64,000 nt of DNA, taken from positions 160,001 through 224,000 of the forward strand of contig JAXMOL010000003.1 of NCBI GenBank assembly GCA_034669905.1. The letters are read 5' to 3'. This DNA comes from Candidatus Hydrogenedentota bacterium. Its GTDB lineage: Bacteria; Hydrogenedentota; Hydrogenedentia; Hydrogenedentales; JAEUWI01. Below the pieces are notes generated by a model. That model saw nothing but the letters and a program-made list of their open reading frames with translations, ran no database searches and was not told the origin of the DNA. Position 1 is the first letter of the stretch. Every line of letters begins with the position of its first letter. Both the position numbers and the translations under genes were made by a program. This document shows, one piece after another, positions 54,290-64,000 of the stretch.

Positions 54290-55102
54290 ATGGAGCAGCA
54301 ACAGGACGAAGTTTGGGCGCGGGTACGTGTGGAGGCGGCGGAGGAGGTCCAGAGTGAGCCTATGCTGGCGAGCTTCATCTATTCCATTATCCTCAATCAC
54401 AAGTCGCTGGAAGACGCCCTGAGCTTCCAGCTCGCGGGTAAGTTGGAAAGCCATACGCTGACAGCCGTTACGCTACGCGACCTCATCGACGAGGCCTTTC
54501 GCAACGACCCCAATATCGGTGCGGGGATTCGTGCGGATATGGTGGCCGTGTGTGACCGGGACGCCGCGTGCAACAAATACTCCACCCCCCTCCTCTATTT
54601 TAAAGGCTACCAGGCGATTCAGGCCTATCGGGTGGCCCATTATTACTGGAACCAAGACCGTCACGAACTGGCGCTTTTTCTCCAGAGCCGCATTTCCGAG
54701 GTCTTCGCCGTCGACATTCACCCGGCCGCACGCATCGGTCACGGTATTCTGATGGACCACGCCACAAGCGTCGTTATTGGCGAGACGGCGGTCGTGGAAG
54801 ACAACGTGTCCATGCTCCACGAGGTGACGCTCGGCGGTACGGGCAAGACCCATGGGGACCGCCATCCCAAGGTGCGCCACGGGGTGCTGATTGCCGCAGG
54901 GGCCAAGATTCTGGGCAACGTGGAAATTGGTGAAGGCGCCAAGGTCGGCGGCGGTGCGGTGGTCTTGAACGACGTGCCGCCCCATACCACCGTGGTGGGT
55001 GTGCCGGCGAAGCCTGTGTGCCACACCAAGGAAGAACAGCCAGCCCTGGAGATGAACCATCGCATCGACGAAGATAACTTTGTCGCCGGGGATGGCATTT
55101 AA
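54290..55102 (+). CDS. cysE: Serine O-acetyltransferase
   Basis: EPMLASF, RDAAC..YSTPLLYFKGY, VDIHPAARIG, DHAT.VVIGETA, VTLGGTGK..GDRHPK. Confidence 0.97.
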   Translation: MEQQQDEVWARVRVEAAEEVQSEPMLASFIYSIILNHKSLEDALSFQLAGKLESHTLTAVTLRDLIDEAFRNDPNIGAGIRADMVAVCDRDAACNKYSTPLLYFKGYQAIQAYRVAHYYWNQDRHELALFLQSRISEVFAVDIHPAARIGHGILMDHATSVVIGETAVVEDNVSMLHEVTLGGTGKTHGDRHPKVRHGVLIAAGAKILGNVEIGEGAKVGGGAVVLNDVPPHTTVVGVPAKPVCHTKEEQPALEMNHRIDEDNFVAGDGI

Positions 55103-55426
55103 ATAGGCGAAGATTCATCTCGGACATTTTCGACGTCATTCGGTTGCTGTCTTAAAGATTTGGCCCGAGGCAGGCGGGCCGCCTGCGCTCCCAATGGGTA
55201 CAAAGGTTGCTTTGAGCGGTAGTGGCCAAGCCGTCGGTACGTTGGCCTTTTGCAGGCGCTTGCGTACGCTGTCGTAACGAACGAGTTGGATTTGATCCAG
55301 GTCTGCCTTCGCTCATATTGAGGTTTGATTTGAATAGCTGAGTTGTTGTTCTTATTGGCGCAGCACATTCACTGCCGTGGCCCCGTGTTGGCACGTCCTA
55401 TCGGTGCGTCTACGTAGGTCAATGGA

Positions 55427-55631
55427 ACGGGCTTTCAGCCCTCAAGCAATTTATTGGTCCAAAACATGGGGCGTTGCCCCATGCTGATATGCCATTGGGC
55501 CGTTGGCCCTGCAGAATGTATCCGCAATGTTTCAAAGTTCCCCTCCATAGCGCCAAAGGCGCGACACATACCAGCCTGGGGCGAAGCCCCAGGAAACCAA
55601 GGGTTTTCTACGATAAGGGCTGAAAGTCCGG
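55427..55631. repeat. MITE/REPIN-like element, copy 2
   Basis: Terminal inverted repeats CGGGCTTTCAGCCCT / AGGGCTGAAAGTCCG, with internal CATGGGGCGTTGCCCCATG and ATACCAGCCTGGGGCGAAGCCCCAGG hairpins. Confidence 0.8.
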
Positions 55632-55675
55632 CCCATTGTAGGTGTCAAAAACGCTCTTAATTGCAGGTCACACGA

Positions 55676-57061
55676 CTAAAGCAGGGGCGACACCAGCTTG
55701 CAGAGCCCCTCGATCCAGTCGTTGGTGAGGTTCGCCGGTGCGGGGTGCCATTCATCCGATTGGGCGCCGACATCCTCAATCCATTGGGCGATGGCCTGGA
55801 TTTCTTCCGGACTGTAGTGGAAGAGGGCGATCTCAAAGTTGAGATACATGCTCCGCATATCGAGGTTGGGGGAACCGGTAACGGCGAGCACATCGTCAAA
55901 GACCATGAGCTTGGCGTGTATCATCCCCTTGGGGTAGGTCTCGATCCGTGCGCCGGCGCGGTGCAGGCGGCGTAGTGCCGGGCGACGGGCCCAATCGGGG
56001 ATGCGGTGATTGGAGACTTTCGGCAGCACAATGCGGACATCCCGTCCCATACGTGCCTGGAGGCACAGGGACTTCAGCAGCGGTTCATCGGGCACGAAAT
56101 AGGGCGTCACAATCCAGACCCGATCCTTGACATCCATGATGGCGCAGACGAGGGCGTCGTGCATGATGTCATCGGGTAGGTCCGGGCCGCTGGCCGCCAC
56201 CTGAACGATGCGGTTGGACGCCGTTTCGGGCAGGGCTTCATTCAGGGGTTCCAGTTCCTGGTCGGTGGCGAAATGCCAGTCGCTACGGAAGATATCCTGG
56301 ATGTCCTGCACCGCAGGCCCTTTCAGGAAGACACTCGCGTCGAGAAAGCGCTCCGCCTTGGGTGTGGGTCCCATGAAGAAGGTGCTCAGGTTCATGCCGC
56401 CGATCATGGCCGCGTGTTCATCCACCACCACGAGCTTGCGGTGGTTGCGGAGGTTGGCCGACCAGCGACGGCGCACGGGAATTACAGGCAGGAAATGGCC
56501 CACCTCACCACCGGCCGCTACCAGGGGGCGCACGAACCCACGACGGGTCCACAAGGATCCGAGGCTGTCGAGTAAGAGGCGAACCTTCACGCCCTCCCGC
56601 GCCTTTTTCGCCAGGACCTCCACGATAGCCCGGCCCACTTCGTCGTGGCCGAGGATGAACGTGGTGATATGGATGGATTCTTTCGCGCCTTCCAAGAGGG
56701 CCACCAATTCATGAAAGGCATCCTCACCATTGAAATGCAGGGTGATGGTATGTCCGCCCCGGGGTGCGGGCATGATCCCCGAGCGGAGCGCCCGGTCGGC
56801 CAGGCAAAGGGGCGGGATGGTGGAGGGAAAGGGGGCCGTTTCTTCGGCGTAGAGTTCCGTCTTTACCCGGCGTACCTGCTTGATCTTGCGGCCACCGAAG
56901 AGGAGGTAAAGGGGGACGCCTACGTAAGGGATTAAGACAATGGCCAGTGCCCACGCCATGGTGCCGCCCGGCTGCCGGTGCTTCCGCAAGACGTCGGTCA
57001 GCAACAGGAAGGCGAGGAGGAAGCCCGATACCGCCACAAAGTGCTCAAAGATATATACCAC
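55676..57061 (-). CDS. cls: Cardiolipin synthase (PLD superfamily)
   Basis: Two N-terminal TM helices and two HKD motifs (RNHRKLVVVD; IHAKLMVFD..GSPNLDMRS). Probable GTG start at 57061. Confidence 0.9.
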   Translation of the reverse strand: MVYIFEHFVAVSGFLLAFLLLTDVLRKHRQPGGTMAWALAIVLIPYVGVPLYLLFGGRKIKQVRRVKTELYAEETAPFPSTIPPLCLADRALRSGIMPAPRGGHTITLHFNGEDAFHELVALLEGAKESIHITTFILGHDEVGRAIVEVLAKKAREGVKVRLLLDSLGSLWTRRGFVRPLVAAGGEVGHFLPVIPVRRRWSANLRNHRKLVVVDEHAAMIGGMNLSTFFMGPTPKAERFLDASVFLKGPAVQDIQDIFRSDWHFATDQELEPLNEALPETASNRIVQVAASGPDLPDDIMHDALVCAIMDVKDRVWIVTPYFVPDEPLLKSLCLQARMGRDVRIVLPKVSNHRIPDWARRPALRRLHRAGARIETYPKGMIHAKLMVFDDVLAVTGSPNLDMRSMYLNFEIALFHYSPEEIQAIAQWIEDVGAQSDEWHPAPANLTNDWIEGLCKLVSPLL

Positions 57062-57338
57062 GTAGACCCATCTTTCTGGCCGACCTTGGGTCGCCCGCCA
57101 CCCTTCAGTGTAGCGAGCGCCGGGCGCGTGGCTCAACTGTTTGGGGTGGCACGGGATCCCGGGGAAAGTGAATCGGGTGGCGCGACCAGGTTCTCCTGTT
57201 CCCAAATGCGCGGAAGGAACGACTTGAAGCCGTGTGAGTGAGAAGCGCACCTCCCGACTTGCTTCCTGTAAACCCAAGAACGCCCCCTCTGGCACCGGGT
57301 GCGGGAGGGGGCGTTGCGTCATTGGATTTGCGGTGCGC

Positions 57339-59072
57339 CTATTCGTCCTTCGGCTGAAGAATGAGATAGGCCGGAAGGCCGAGTACGTCAAAGTGCTCGA
57401 CGATTTCCTTGGCGGGGGACTGATCCATCCGCTCGGCCTGGTACTTGATCTTCACGAAGGATTCCATCTTTTCTACGACCGCTTCGTCTTTGAGGGTCGT
57501 ATCATCCATGACGAGGCAGTTCTTACACCAGGTGGCCCAGAAATCCAGGAGGACGGGCTTGCCGGTGGCCTTGGCTTCGGCGAGGCCCTCTTCCAGGCTC
57601 GTGTACCAGCCATCGTGTTCGCCCACGTCGACGGTCGTGTCCACCCGCATGAGGCTGAAGGCCAGGTAGCCATAGTAGGCCGCGAAGGCGATGATGAATA
57701 CGCCGAAGGCCTGTTTTACACGGACCATCCACATGCCCGGCTTCGGCAGCACCGAAAGGCCCGCACCCACGAGGGGCCAGGGCAGGGCCATGCCCACGCC
57801 GAGAAGGAAGGGCAGGGCCAGGGCGAAGGTATTGCCCTGGCTGTAGCTGTCCTGCGCGAAAAGGATGGTGGAAATGACCACAGGCGCCACACAGGCACCG
57901 GCGAGCAGGGCAGAGACACAGCCCATACCAAAGGCGACGAGAAAGCTTCCGTTCTCGTTTTTCTTGATGCCCAGTTTGGTCTGGTACCGGGTGAAGTCGA
58001 TATGAATGATGTCGAACATGGCCAGGCCGAGGACCACGAAGAGCAGGGCAATGAGGCCGTTGAACCAGGGCGTGGCATTGATGGTGCCAAAGGCGCTGGC
58101 GAAGCTCAGCATGACGGCCAGACCGAGGAGGCCATAGACCAGGGAAATGCCGATACCATAGGCGCTGCCCAGGGCAAAGCCCCGTCCCCGCGATCCGGCT
58201 TTGGTACCTGCGCCGATAATGGCGATGTTAACGGGGATGAGGGGGAGCACGCAGGGCGTAAGATTGAGGGCCAGGCCACCCACCACAATGAGCAGGAGGA
58301 TAAGTCCCCAACTCTTGTTGGCAAAGACGCTGTCGTCCGTGTCCGATATTTCCCCGGTGAGTCCCTGTTCGAGAAACGCGACAAACGCATCACTGTCTTC
58401 ATAGCCCGTGCGGCCGATTACCGTGAAGTCTTCCGCCAGGCTTTTCCAGTCGCCGGTCGCCGGCTTGGCCATTGCTTCTTCGGTGGCTTCAGGCGCCGTC
58501 GTTTCCATGGCAGGCGTTTCCGTGGTGGCGTCATCGGCGGTATCGCCGGGCCACGCCACCGAAGCAAAGAGGTCGGGGTTCACCGCCGTCTGGTCGTCGC
58601 CCACGGTGAGGGTGAACGTCATGTCCAGATTGTCGGGCGGCATGCACTGTTTGTCATCGCAGGCCTGATACCGGAGTGTGCCATTGACCGTCAGTTCGCC
58701 TGCGGGCGCATCCGCAGCAATGGCCAGCAGCAGGCCGATGTTGAATTCGTGCTCATAGACCGCCAGTTCATCTTCCAACACCTTAAAGAGTTTATGCTCC
58801 GGATAGACGGCTTCTGTCAGGCTCACGGCCCCATCTTCTTCCAGCGAGATTTCCGTGGGGATGAGGAATTTGTCCAGGGGCTTATGGGCGTTCACGTGCC
58901 AGCCATCGCCCAGACTGAAAGAAGCCACGGCGCGCACCGTGCTGCCCGGCGTAACCTGGGCCGTCTCGGCGGTAACGGTGTATTTCACATCGGGGCCTTG
59001 CGCCGGGGCCAGGGCTGTCGCCAGCAGGGCGAACATGGGGATGAGGTATCGGTAACAGGACCCAAGTTGCAT
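57339..59072 (-). CDS. dsbD: DsbD-like protein-disulfide reductase (N-terminal domain, TM domain, thioredoxin)
   Basis: YQACDDKQCMPP, LNLTPCVLPLIP, GACVAP, LPKPGMWM, DFWATWCKNC. Confidence 0.88.
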   Translation of the reverse strand: MQLGSCYRYLIPMFALLATALAPAQGPDVKYTVTAETAQVTPGSTVRAVASFSLGDGWHVNAHKPLDKFLIPTEISLEEDGAVSLTEAVYPEHKLFKVLEDELAVYEHEFNIGLLLAIAADAPAGELTVNGTLRYQACDDKQCMPPDNLDMTFTLTVGDDQTAVNPDLFASVAWPGDTADDATTETPAMETTAPEATEEAMAKPATGDWKSLAEDFTVIGRTGYEDSDAFVAFLEQGLTGEISDTDDSVFANKSWGLILLLIVVGGLALNLTPCVLPLIPVNIAIIGAGTKAGSRGRGFALGSAYGIGISLVYGLLGLAVMLSFASAFGTINATPWFNGLIALLFVVLGLAMFDIIHIDFTRYQTKLGIKKNENGSFLVAFGMGCVSALLAGACVAPVVISTILFAQDSYSQGNTFALALPFLLGVGMALPWPLVGAGLSVLPKPGMWMVRVKQAFGVFIIAFAAYYGYLAFSLMRVDTTVDVGEHDGWYTSLEEGLAEAKATGKPVLLDFWATWCKNCLVMDDTTLKDEAVVEKMESFVKIKYQAERMDQSPAKEIVEHFDVLGLPAYLILQPKDE

Positions 59073-59335
59073 GAGGGGGTACTCCTTTTTCAGAGATGAA
59101 CGAGAGGTGGTGTCGCTTAGAGAAAAGCGACCGTAATGCGTTGGATAGGTGAGGGGGGTGGGGAAGGGTGCTCAGCCAAGTCCCACGCCAACGGCCTCAC
59201 TCACCGACAGGGGTATATTCGCCCTTCTCTGCGGATCATGTCAATCGCGCACGCAGGTGGCCCCCTTGGATGAAAGGTCCAAGAGCAATTACGGGAGCTA
59301 TTGGAAGCCGCAGGCGTCTGTGCCAACGACAATGG

Positions 59336-59541
59336 ACCGGACTTTCAGCCCTTACTGTAAATAACCTTGATTTCCAGGGGCTTCGCCCCAAACTGGTATG
59401 TTTCGCGCCCTTGGCGCTATGGAAGTGGACTGGGTAGCACCGCGGCGAACGCTTGTAGGGCCAACGGTCCGGTCGTATATCAGCATGGGGTAACGCCCCA
59501 TGTATTGGGGGCAATAAACTCGTTAAGGGCTGAAAGCCTGC
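59336..59541. repeat. MITE/REPIN-like element, copy 3
   Basis: CGGACTTTCAGCCCT ... AGGGCTGAAAGCCTG. Approximately the inverted copy of 55427-55631. Confidence 0.8.
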
Positions 59542-59668
59542 TCCATCGCCCTTCGCAAACTTGCCGAAACGCGGCGGCGATACGGTTTTCCAGCAGTGAA
59601 CGTCCTGCACCAATTCAAAAACAGTCCGCCTGCTGACATCAAACCATTACCCAATTGTAATGCCGCAT

Positions 59669-60634
59669 TCAGGTGTCGGAATGGGCAAACTTCATCCATC
59701 CATCACTTAGGGCATCCATGCTAATCACCGCGCTTTGGAGGCGGACACGACAGTCCGGATTCCCATCAAAATGAAAGTCCGGCGTGCCAACAGGTGCCGG
59801 GAGCTCTACATGTCCCCGCGCTCCCCGGATGACGGTCGGGCGGAGTGCTTGTCCCGGCATGCGGGTCGTCAGCGTAATTTTGAGGTCATTCGCGTGTATG
59901 GCGGAAAAGGAAAGGGCGTCCGGTGTTTCCCGGGTTTCTGAGGCAAAGACGCCACCGAGCAACGTGGACGCCGTCAACTGGTCAATCTGAAAATGGTGGA
60001 CGAGGGGATAGAGGGCAGAGAAGAGGGCATTTGCCGCGTCACCCCGACTCCCTGGGTGTTGGTGAGACCAGTGGCCCTCCGGTCGGTCCATGGTCACCGG
60101 TACGTCGGCCTGTATCCACCGGGGTGTCCCGGCCTGTGCTTCTCGTAGCATCCGGGCACCCATCGCCCAATGGTGGTCCATGACGTGGTCAGAGAGCAGG
60201 TGGAGACGCTCCGGGTAGTCCGCGGCACAGCGTGCGATGATGTGGGCGTGGTCTTGACTCGGCGCGAGGGCCGGAACACCATAGACCCTTTTTCCCGCTG
60301 CGAGGGCCGCTTCCGTGATGGGCGCCTGAAGAAAATCGGGGGTGGCCACCACCAGCGTGTCCAACGAGGCGTCGGCTACCAGTGATTCCCATCGGGTGTG
60401 GCCCGCTACGCCCCGGGGCAACCTTGCCAAGGTGCTCGTGTCGACATCGGCGACGGCTATAATTTCGCCGTGGGCCGTGTGGGCGAGCAACGACGTGCCC
60501 ACCGCGCCATAGCCCACCAGTCCGATTTTCGGGGTCGGGGAGGCGTGGCTCCGGGAGGCGAAGGTGGCGAGGCCGGTGGCGGTGGTCGCAAGAAAGGAGC
60601 GGCGCGTGAGCGCGACGGTATTGTGATGTTTCAT
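59669..60634 (-). CDS. Divergent Gfo/Idh/MocA-like oxidoreductase, Tat signal
   Basis: TRRSFL, IGLVGYGAVG, VVATPD..Q, AGKRVY. The usual EKP motif is absent. Confidence 0.7.
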   Translation of the reverse strand: MKHHNTVALTRRSFLATTATGLATFASRSHASPTPKIGLVGYGAVGTSLLAHTAHGEIIAVADVDTSTLARLPRGVAGHTRWESLVADASLDTLVVATPDFLQAPITEAALAAGKRVYGVPALAPSQDHAHIIARCAADYPERLHLLSDHVMDHHWAMGARMLREAQAGTPRWIQADVPVTMDRPEGHWSHQHPGSRGDAANALFSALYPLVHHFQIDQLTASTLLGGVFASETRETPDALSFSAIHANDLKITLTTRMPGQALRPTVIRGARGHVELPAPVGTPDFHFDGNPDCRVRLQSAVISMDALSDGWMKFAHSDT

Positions 60635-60750
60635 GGGAACCCTTTATGCTGCGTGGTAGTTAGAACTACAGCATGCCGTGTTGCTTTCGGCCATTGCAAC
60701 TACATGGTGTGCTTCGAAGCCGCAAAGCACAGCTGCCCGGGAGAATACCT

Positions 60751-60939
60751 ATGCCCTATGTAAACGTCCGCATCACCAAGACCGGGGTCACCCGGGAACA
60801 AAAGGCCCAGATCGTAGAAGAGATCACGGCGACGCTCCAGCGGGTGCTCAATAAGAAGCCAGAAAATACCCACATCGTCATTGACGAAGTGGAGCTGGAA
60901 AACTGGGGCTACGGTGGAAAGCTGACTTCCGATCGTTAG
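60751..60939 (+). CDS. 4-oxalocrotonate tautomerase family protein
   Basis: MPYVNVRI..GVTREQKAQIV...VLNKKPE.THIVIDEV...NWG.GG (catalytic Pro1). GGAG RBS. Confidence 0.92.
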   Translation: MPYVNVRITKTGVTREQKAQIVEEITATLQRVLNKKPENTHIVIDEVELENWGYGGKLTSDR

Positions 60940-61062
60940 TTCACCAGGTTAACGCTCGCGAGACTGCCTTGCACCACTTCTTCCATAACTGGACAACCAA
61001 CGCGCCGCCCGACTCAGAGCGTCGAGCGGCGTGTTATTTATGGGATGTGCCGAATCGTGGGG

Positions 61063-61713
61063 TTAGCCCCGGCGGCGGGTTCGTGCAGTCAGGCCGACCA
61101 CCCCCATGGCAAGCAAACTCAGGGTGCCAGGTTCGGGGACGGGATTGGTGGTAAATCCACTCACCTCCACATCCGAAAGCGTACCACCCGATGCGGTCAA
61201 TGTCATCTGCCAGTCCGCGTGATCAACGTTACCATGAAGTGCGTCGAACGTGGTGAATCCCATCAGGGCCTCTGTGGTGTCCATAAGGAATTCTCCAATG
61301 GCGATTCTATAGTTTCCCCCAGACGTGAATGTGTAGGAAAGATAAGAGTCGTAAAAATGGATGCTCCCATCTCCAAACGTTGAAACACTGTCATCATTAG
61401 ATGCCAGTTCCGTATCCGTAGAAGAGAATAGGCGCAAATAGCTGTCCATGTACGTGAACTCACCATCACCGTTCAAGTCGACGTCGATACCGCTCAGATC
61501 AGTGATGTCGTTTTCTCTTGCCAGCACATCGAATACGACCGTGGTGCCCGCCGTAACACTAAAGGTAACATAGTTGACCGATATTTCTCCTGCGAATCCA
61601 TCGCCATCGAAGTCGCCTTCATAAACGGTTCCGTCAACGGTGATGGCACCCGCAGTACTTGCGAGAGCCGAGATTCCAATTGCGATAATGGTAAGAGCAA
61701 ATTTCTTGTTCAT
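61063..61713 (-). CDS. PEP-CTERM protein (DVUA0089/PPC-like domain)
   Basis: Signal peptide, DSYLRLF...LASNDD...DSYLS..F...GNYRIAI, VPEPGTLSLLAMGVVGLTARTRRR. Confidence 0.9.
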   Translation of the reverse strand: MNKKFALTIIAIGISALASTAGAITVDGTVYEGDFDGDGFAGEISVNYVTFSVTAGTTVVFDVLARENDITDLSGIDVDLNGDGEFTYMDSYLRLFSSTDTELASNDDSVSTFGDGSIHFYDSYLSYTFTSGGNYRIAIGEFLMDTTEALMGFTTFDALHGNVDHADWQMTLTASGGTLSDVEVSGFTTNPVPEPGTLSLLAMGVVGLTARTRRRG

Positions 61714-62472
61714 GTTGTTTCTCCTGAAGGTGCCTGAAAGCACGCGTTAAGTCATTGATGGCCTTGGAGCCGAAATCGAAAGGACGGTACTTCGCAAACT
61801 GCCGTGTTTTTCGATAGCGATTGCATTCTTAGCTTGTCAGGCTAGCGCTACCTGCCCTCGTGGGCAGGCCCCGTCCGGGCTAAGCGATCGCGACTGTGGT
61901 AGGCTGTGTCCGCCATCAAGATGCTGTAGTATCGCTGAGGTACTACATCGCATATCCATATGTAATAGGATCCTATAAACAAAGTCTGGAATTGCCCATT
62001 TAACCCCTTTCGTGCTCCATTCCATTTTTGCGCTTGCACGAAAAGAGCACACCGACCAAGTCGGTTACGAACGCCGCACAACGATCGAAGCGCGATGGAA
62101 TGCCTCAATTCAACCCATGCGTATCCGCCTCGACGGTGTGTCGTGGTCTGAGACACACTCTCGTTCTCCCATCGGAATGCTAGCAAGCTACATGCCAGTC
62201 ACATGTGTCATCAGGGTCTTGCGTTGCGGCTTCGGTGTTTGGTCAATAAGCACAACCGTTTCGCAGCAGGCGCAGGACCTTCGGTTTCTAAGGTCACGGT
62301 ACGTGGCCCGGGGGAAACCACTCTTACCTGTATGTCTTTCGGACAGTGCTAGTGCGTGGGGTGCGGACATATACTGACCTGATACAAGGCTGACACGGCT
62401 ATCAGGTTCTGATTTCATCTCAGGATGGGGGCGCAGCGGGCATTCATAGGGCGGCCCGCCGGCAATAGGCTC

Positions 62473-62512
62473 AAAAAAACGCGGCGTCTTCCCCGTGGGG
62501 GAAGACGCCGCG
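62473..62512 (-). terminator. Rho-independent terminator
   Basis: CGCGGCGTCTTCCCC/GGGGAAGACGCCGCG stem with an A7 run on its left (U-tract on the minus strand). Confidence 0.85.
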
Positions 62513-62531
62513 CAGCGATTGTGACGAAATA

Positions 62532-63965
62532 TTATCCGCGGTAGTAGGGGGCCTTGAGACTCCAACCGTTCTGATAATCGCGGTAGGCCCAGTTGTTGGC
62601 GGCCTTCACGGCTTTCTTATCGGCACCGGTGAATTTCTGTTTGTCCGCGTTCCAGCCGAGCTTGGCACCACCGGCTACATAGGAGCAGGTGCCCAGGTGG
62701 CAGAGGCGGCTGGTGTTGTTGATGACTTCAACGGTACAGATGGGGTCTTCACCGCTGCGTACGCAATTGGCGAAGTTTTCCCAGTGGGGCTCGTTGAGGG
62801 GGCCACCGCCGACTTTCTTGGCTTCGACCGAGGACTTCTCGCCCTTGGGGACATTGTTGTCCGTCGGCCAGACCTGGTAGCCGCCGCGGGATACCTGGAG
62901 GCTGCCCAGGGTGCCGTGGAACATGATGCCGTGGTCGTCGGCATCTTCGGGTACGTGGTGGTTCCACACCCGGTTTTCGAAGCTCATGGTGAAGTCATCG
63001 AATTCGAAGAGAATGTCGAGGGTGTCGGGGGTGGTGCGGTTGTCCTGCAGGACCCACTTGCCGCCATTGGCCACGACGGACTTGGGCTGGAGGTTGGGCT
63101 TCACGTCTTCGTTTTCCATGGCCCACAGGGCGATGTCGAGGAGGTGGGCACCCCAGTCGGTGACTTTGCCGCCCGAGTAGTCGAGGAACCAGCGGAAGTT
63201 GTAGATCCAGCGGTTGGTATTGAAGGGCACATGCTCCGTCCAACCCTGGTGGAAATCCCAATCGAGGCCCATGGCTTCATACTTGGCCTGATCGTCTTCA
63301 CCCATTCCGATACCGGCGATGGGCTCTTTGTCGTGGATCCAGGTCTGCACGCGGTGCACTTTGCCGATGTAGCCTTCGCGGACCATCTGGACGGCTTCCT
63401 GGAAGTGGGCACCACTGCGCTGCATGTTGCCTGCCTGGAAAACCACGTTATTGCGACGCACGGCGTCTACCATGGCGTGGCCTTCTTCGATGGTCGTGGC
63501 GGCCGGCTTCTCACAGTAGATGGCTTTTCCGGCGTCAGCGGCATACATGGTGGTGAGACAGTGCCAGTGATCCGGGGTGGCGATGACCACCGCGTCCACG
63601 TCTTTGTTCTCGATGATTTCGCGGAAGTCGTGGTGGGTCGTGGGGTCGAGGCCGGGTTTCTTTTTGGCAAACTCGAGGGCGCGCTCCAGATTCTTGGAAT
63701 ACAGGTCGCAGAGGGCGATAGGTTCCATGTCGTTGCGCATCATCACAAAGCGAAGATCGGCGCGGCCCATGCCACCGATGCCGATATGGCCCGTGCGGAT
63801 CTTCTCATTGGCGCCGAGCACCGTCGACGGAAGAATGGACTTGTAGAGACCGGTGCCAGCGCTGGCGCTTTGTGCAGCCGCTACCGTGGCACCCGCCACT
63901 GCGGCGGTCTTGATGAATTTGCGACGGCTCTCGGTCGCTTTGGGGGTCTTGGACTCTTCTGACAT
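62532..63965 (-). CDS. Gfo/Idh/MocA family oxidoreductase, Tat signal
   Basis: SRRKFI, GHIGIGGMG, IATPDHWH, YCEKP, QRSG, DYSGGKVTDWGAH. Confidence 0.93.
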   Translation of the reverse strand: MSEESKTPKATESRRKFIKTAAVAGATVAAAQSASAGTGLYKSILPSTVLGANEKIRTGHIGIGGMGRADLRFVMMRNDMEPIALCDLYSKNLERALEFAKKKPGLDPTTHHDFREIIENKDVDAVVIATPDHWHCLTTMYAADAGKAIYCEKPAATTIEEGHAMVDAVRRNNVVFQAGNMQRSGAHFQEAVQMVREGYIGKVHRVQTWIHDKEPIAGIGMGEDDQAKYEAMGLDWDFHQGWTEHVPFNTNRWIYNFRWFLDYSGGKVTDWGAHLLDIALWAMENEDVKPNLQPKSVVANGGKWVLQDNRTTPDTLDILFEFDDFTMSFENRVWNHHVPEDADDHGIMFHGTLGSLQVSRGGYQVWPTDNNVPKGEKSSVEAKKVGGGPLNEPHWENFANCVRSGEDPICTVEVINNTSRLCHLGTCSYVAGGAKLGWNADKQKFTGADKKAVKAANNWAYRDYQNGWSLKAPYYRG

Positions 63966-64000
63966 TATACTAACTTCCTCCAGCCAATCGCTTGTTGTTG

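Noticed and set aside
61750..62470. Short ORFs in the AT-richer gap upstream of the second PEP-CTERM gene (similarly 34300-34830)
   Set aside because: No RBS, motif or codon-pattern support. Probably regulatory or degenerate sequence.

Overview
GC-rich bacterial DNA. The (GE)n-linker PASTA/FG-GAP surface protein, three DUF1549/DUF1553-DUF1501 sets, PEP-CTERM proteins and Tat-exported Gfo/Idh/MocA enzymes suggest a Candidatus Hydrogenedentota-like or PVC-like genome (inference). Ordinary content includes a persulfide-dioxygenase/TauE pair, tandem katG genes with divergent oxyR, nagA, cysE, cls, a DsbD-like protein, esterases, methyltransferases and oxidoreductases. Four accessory signals stand out. 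(1) An Rhs toxin/immunity block (3186-8777) has Rhs fragments that begin and end exactly at a 20-bp inverted repeat; it also holds a duplicated pre-toxin segment, a truncated ISKra4-type transposase and two in-frame palindromic micro-insertions. (2) A candidate new RiPP-like pair: a Cys-cluster (YkgJ/FliB-like) protein with a possible C-terminal peptide-binding domain, followed by a 70-aa double-glycine-leader peptide whose core resembles Hcp motifs. (3) An AT-richer sce7726-sce7725-RES operon that is a candidate anti-phage system. (4) A GxxExxY nuclease-fold gene bracketed by inverted pairs of a 30-bp triple-CACGGAA motif that is also dispersed through the window. Several other REP/MITE-like repeat families occur in intergenic spaces. 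I saw no rRNA, tRNA or CRISPR array. All family calls come from motif recognition by eye; no database search was run.
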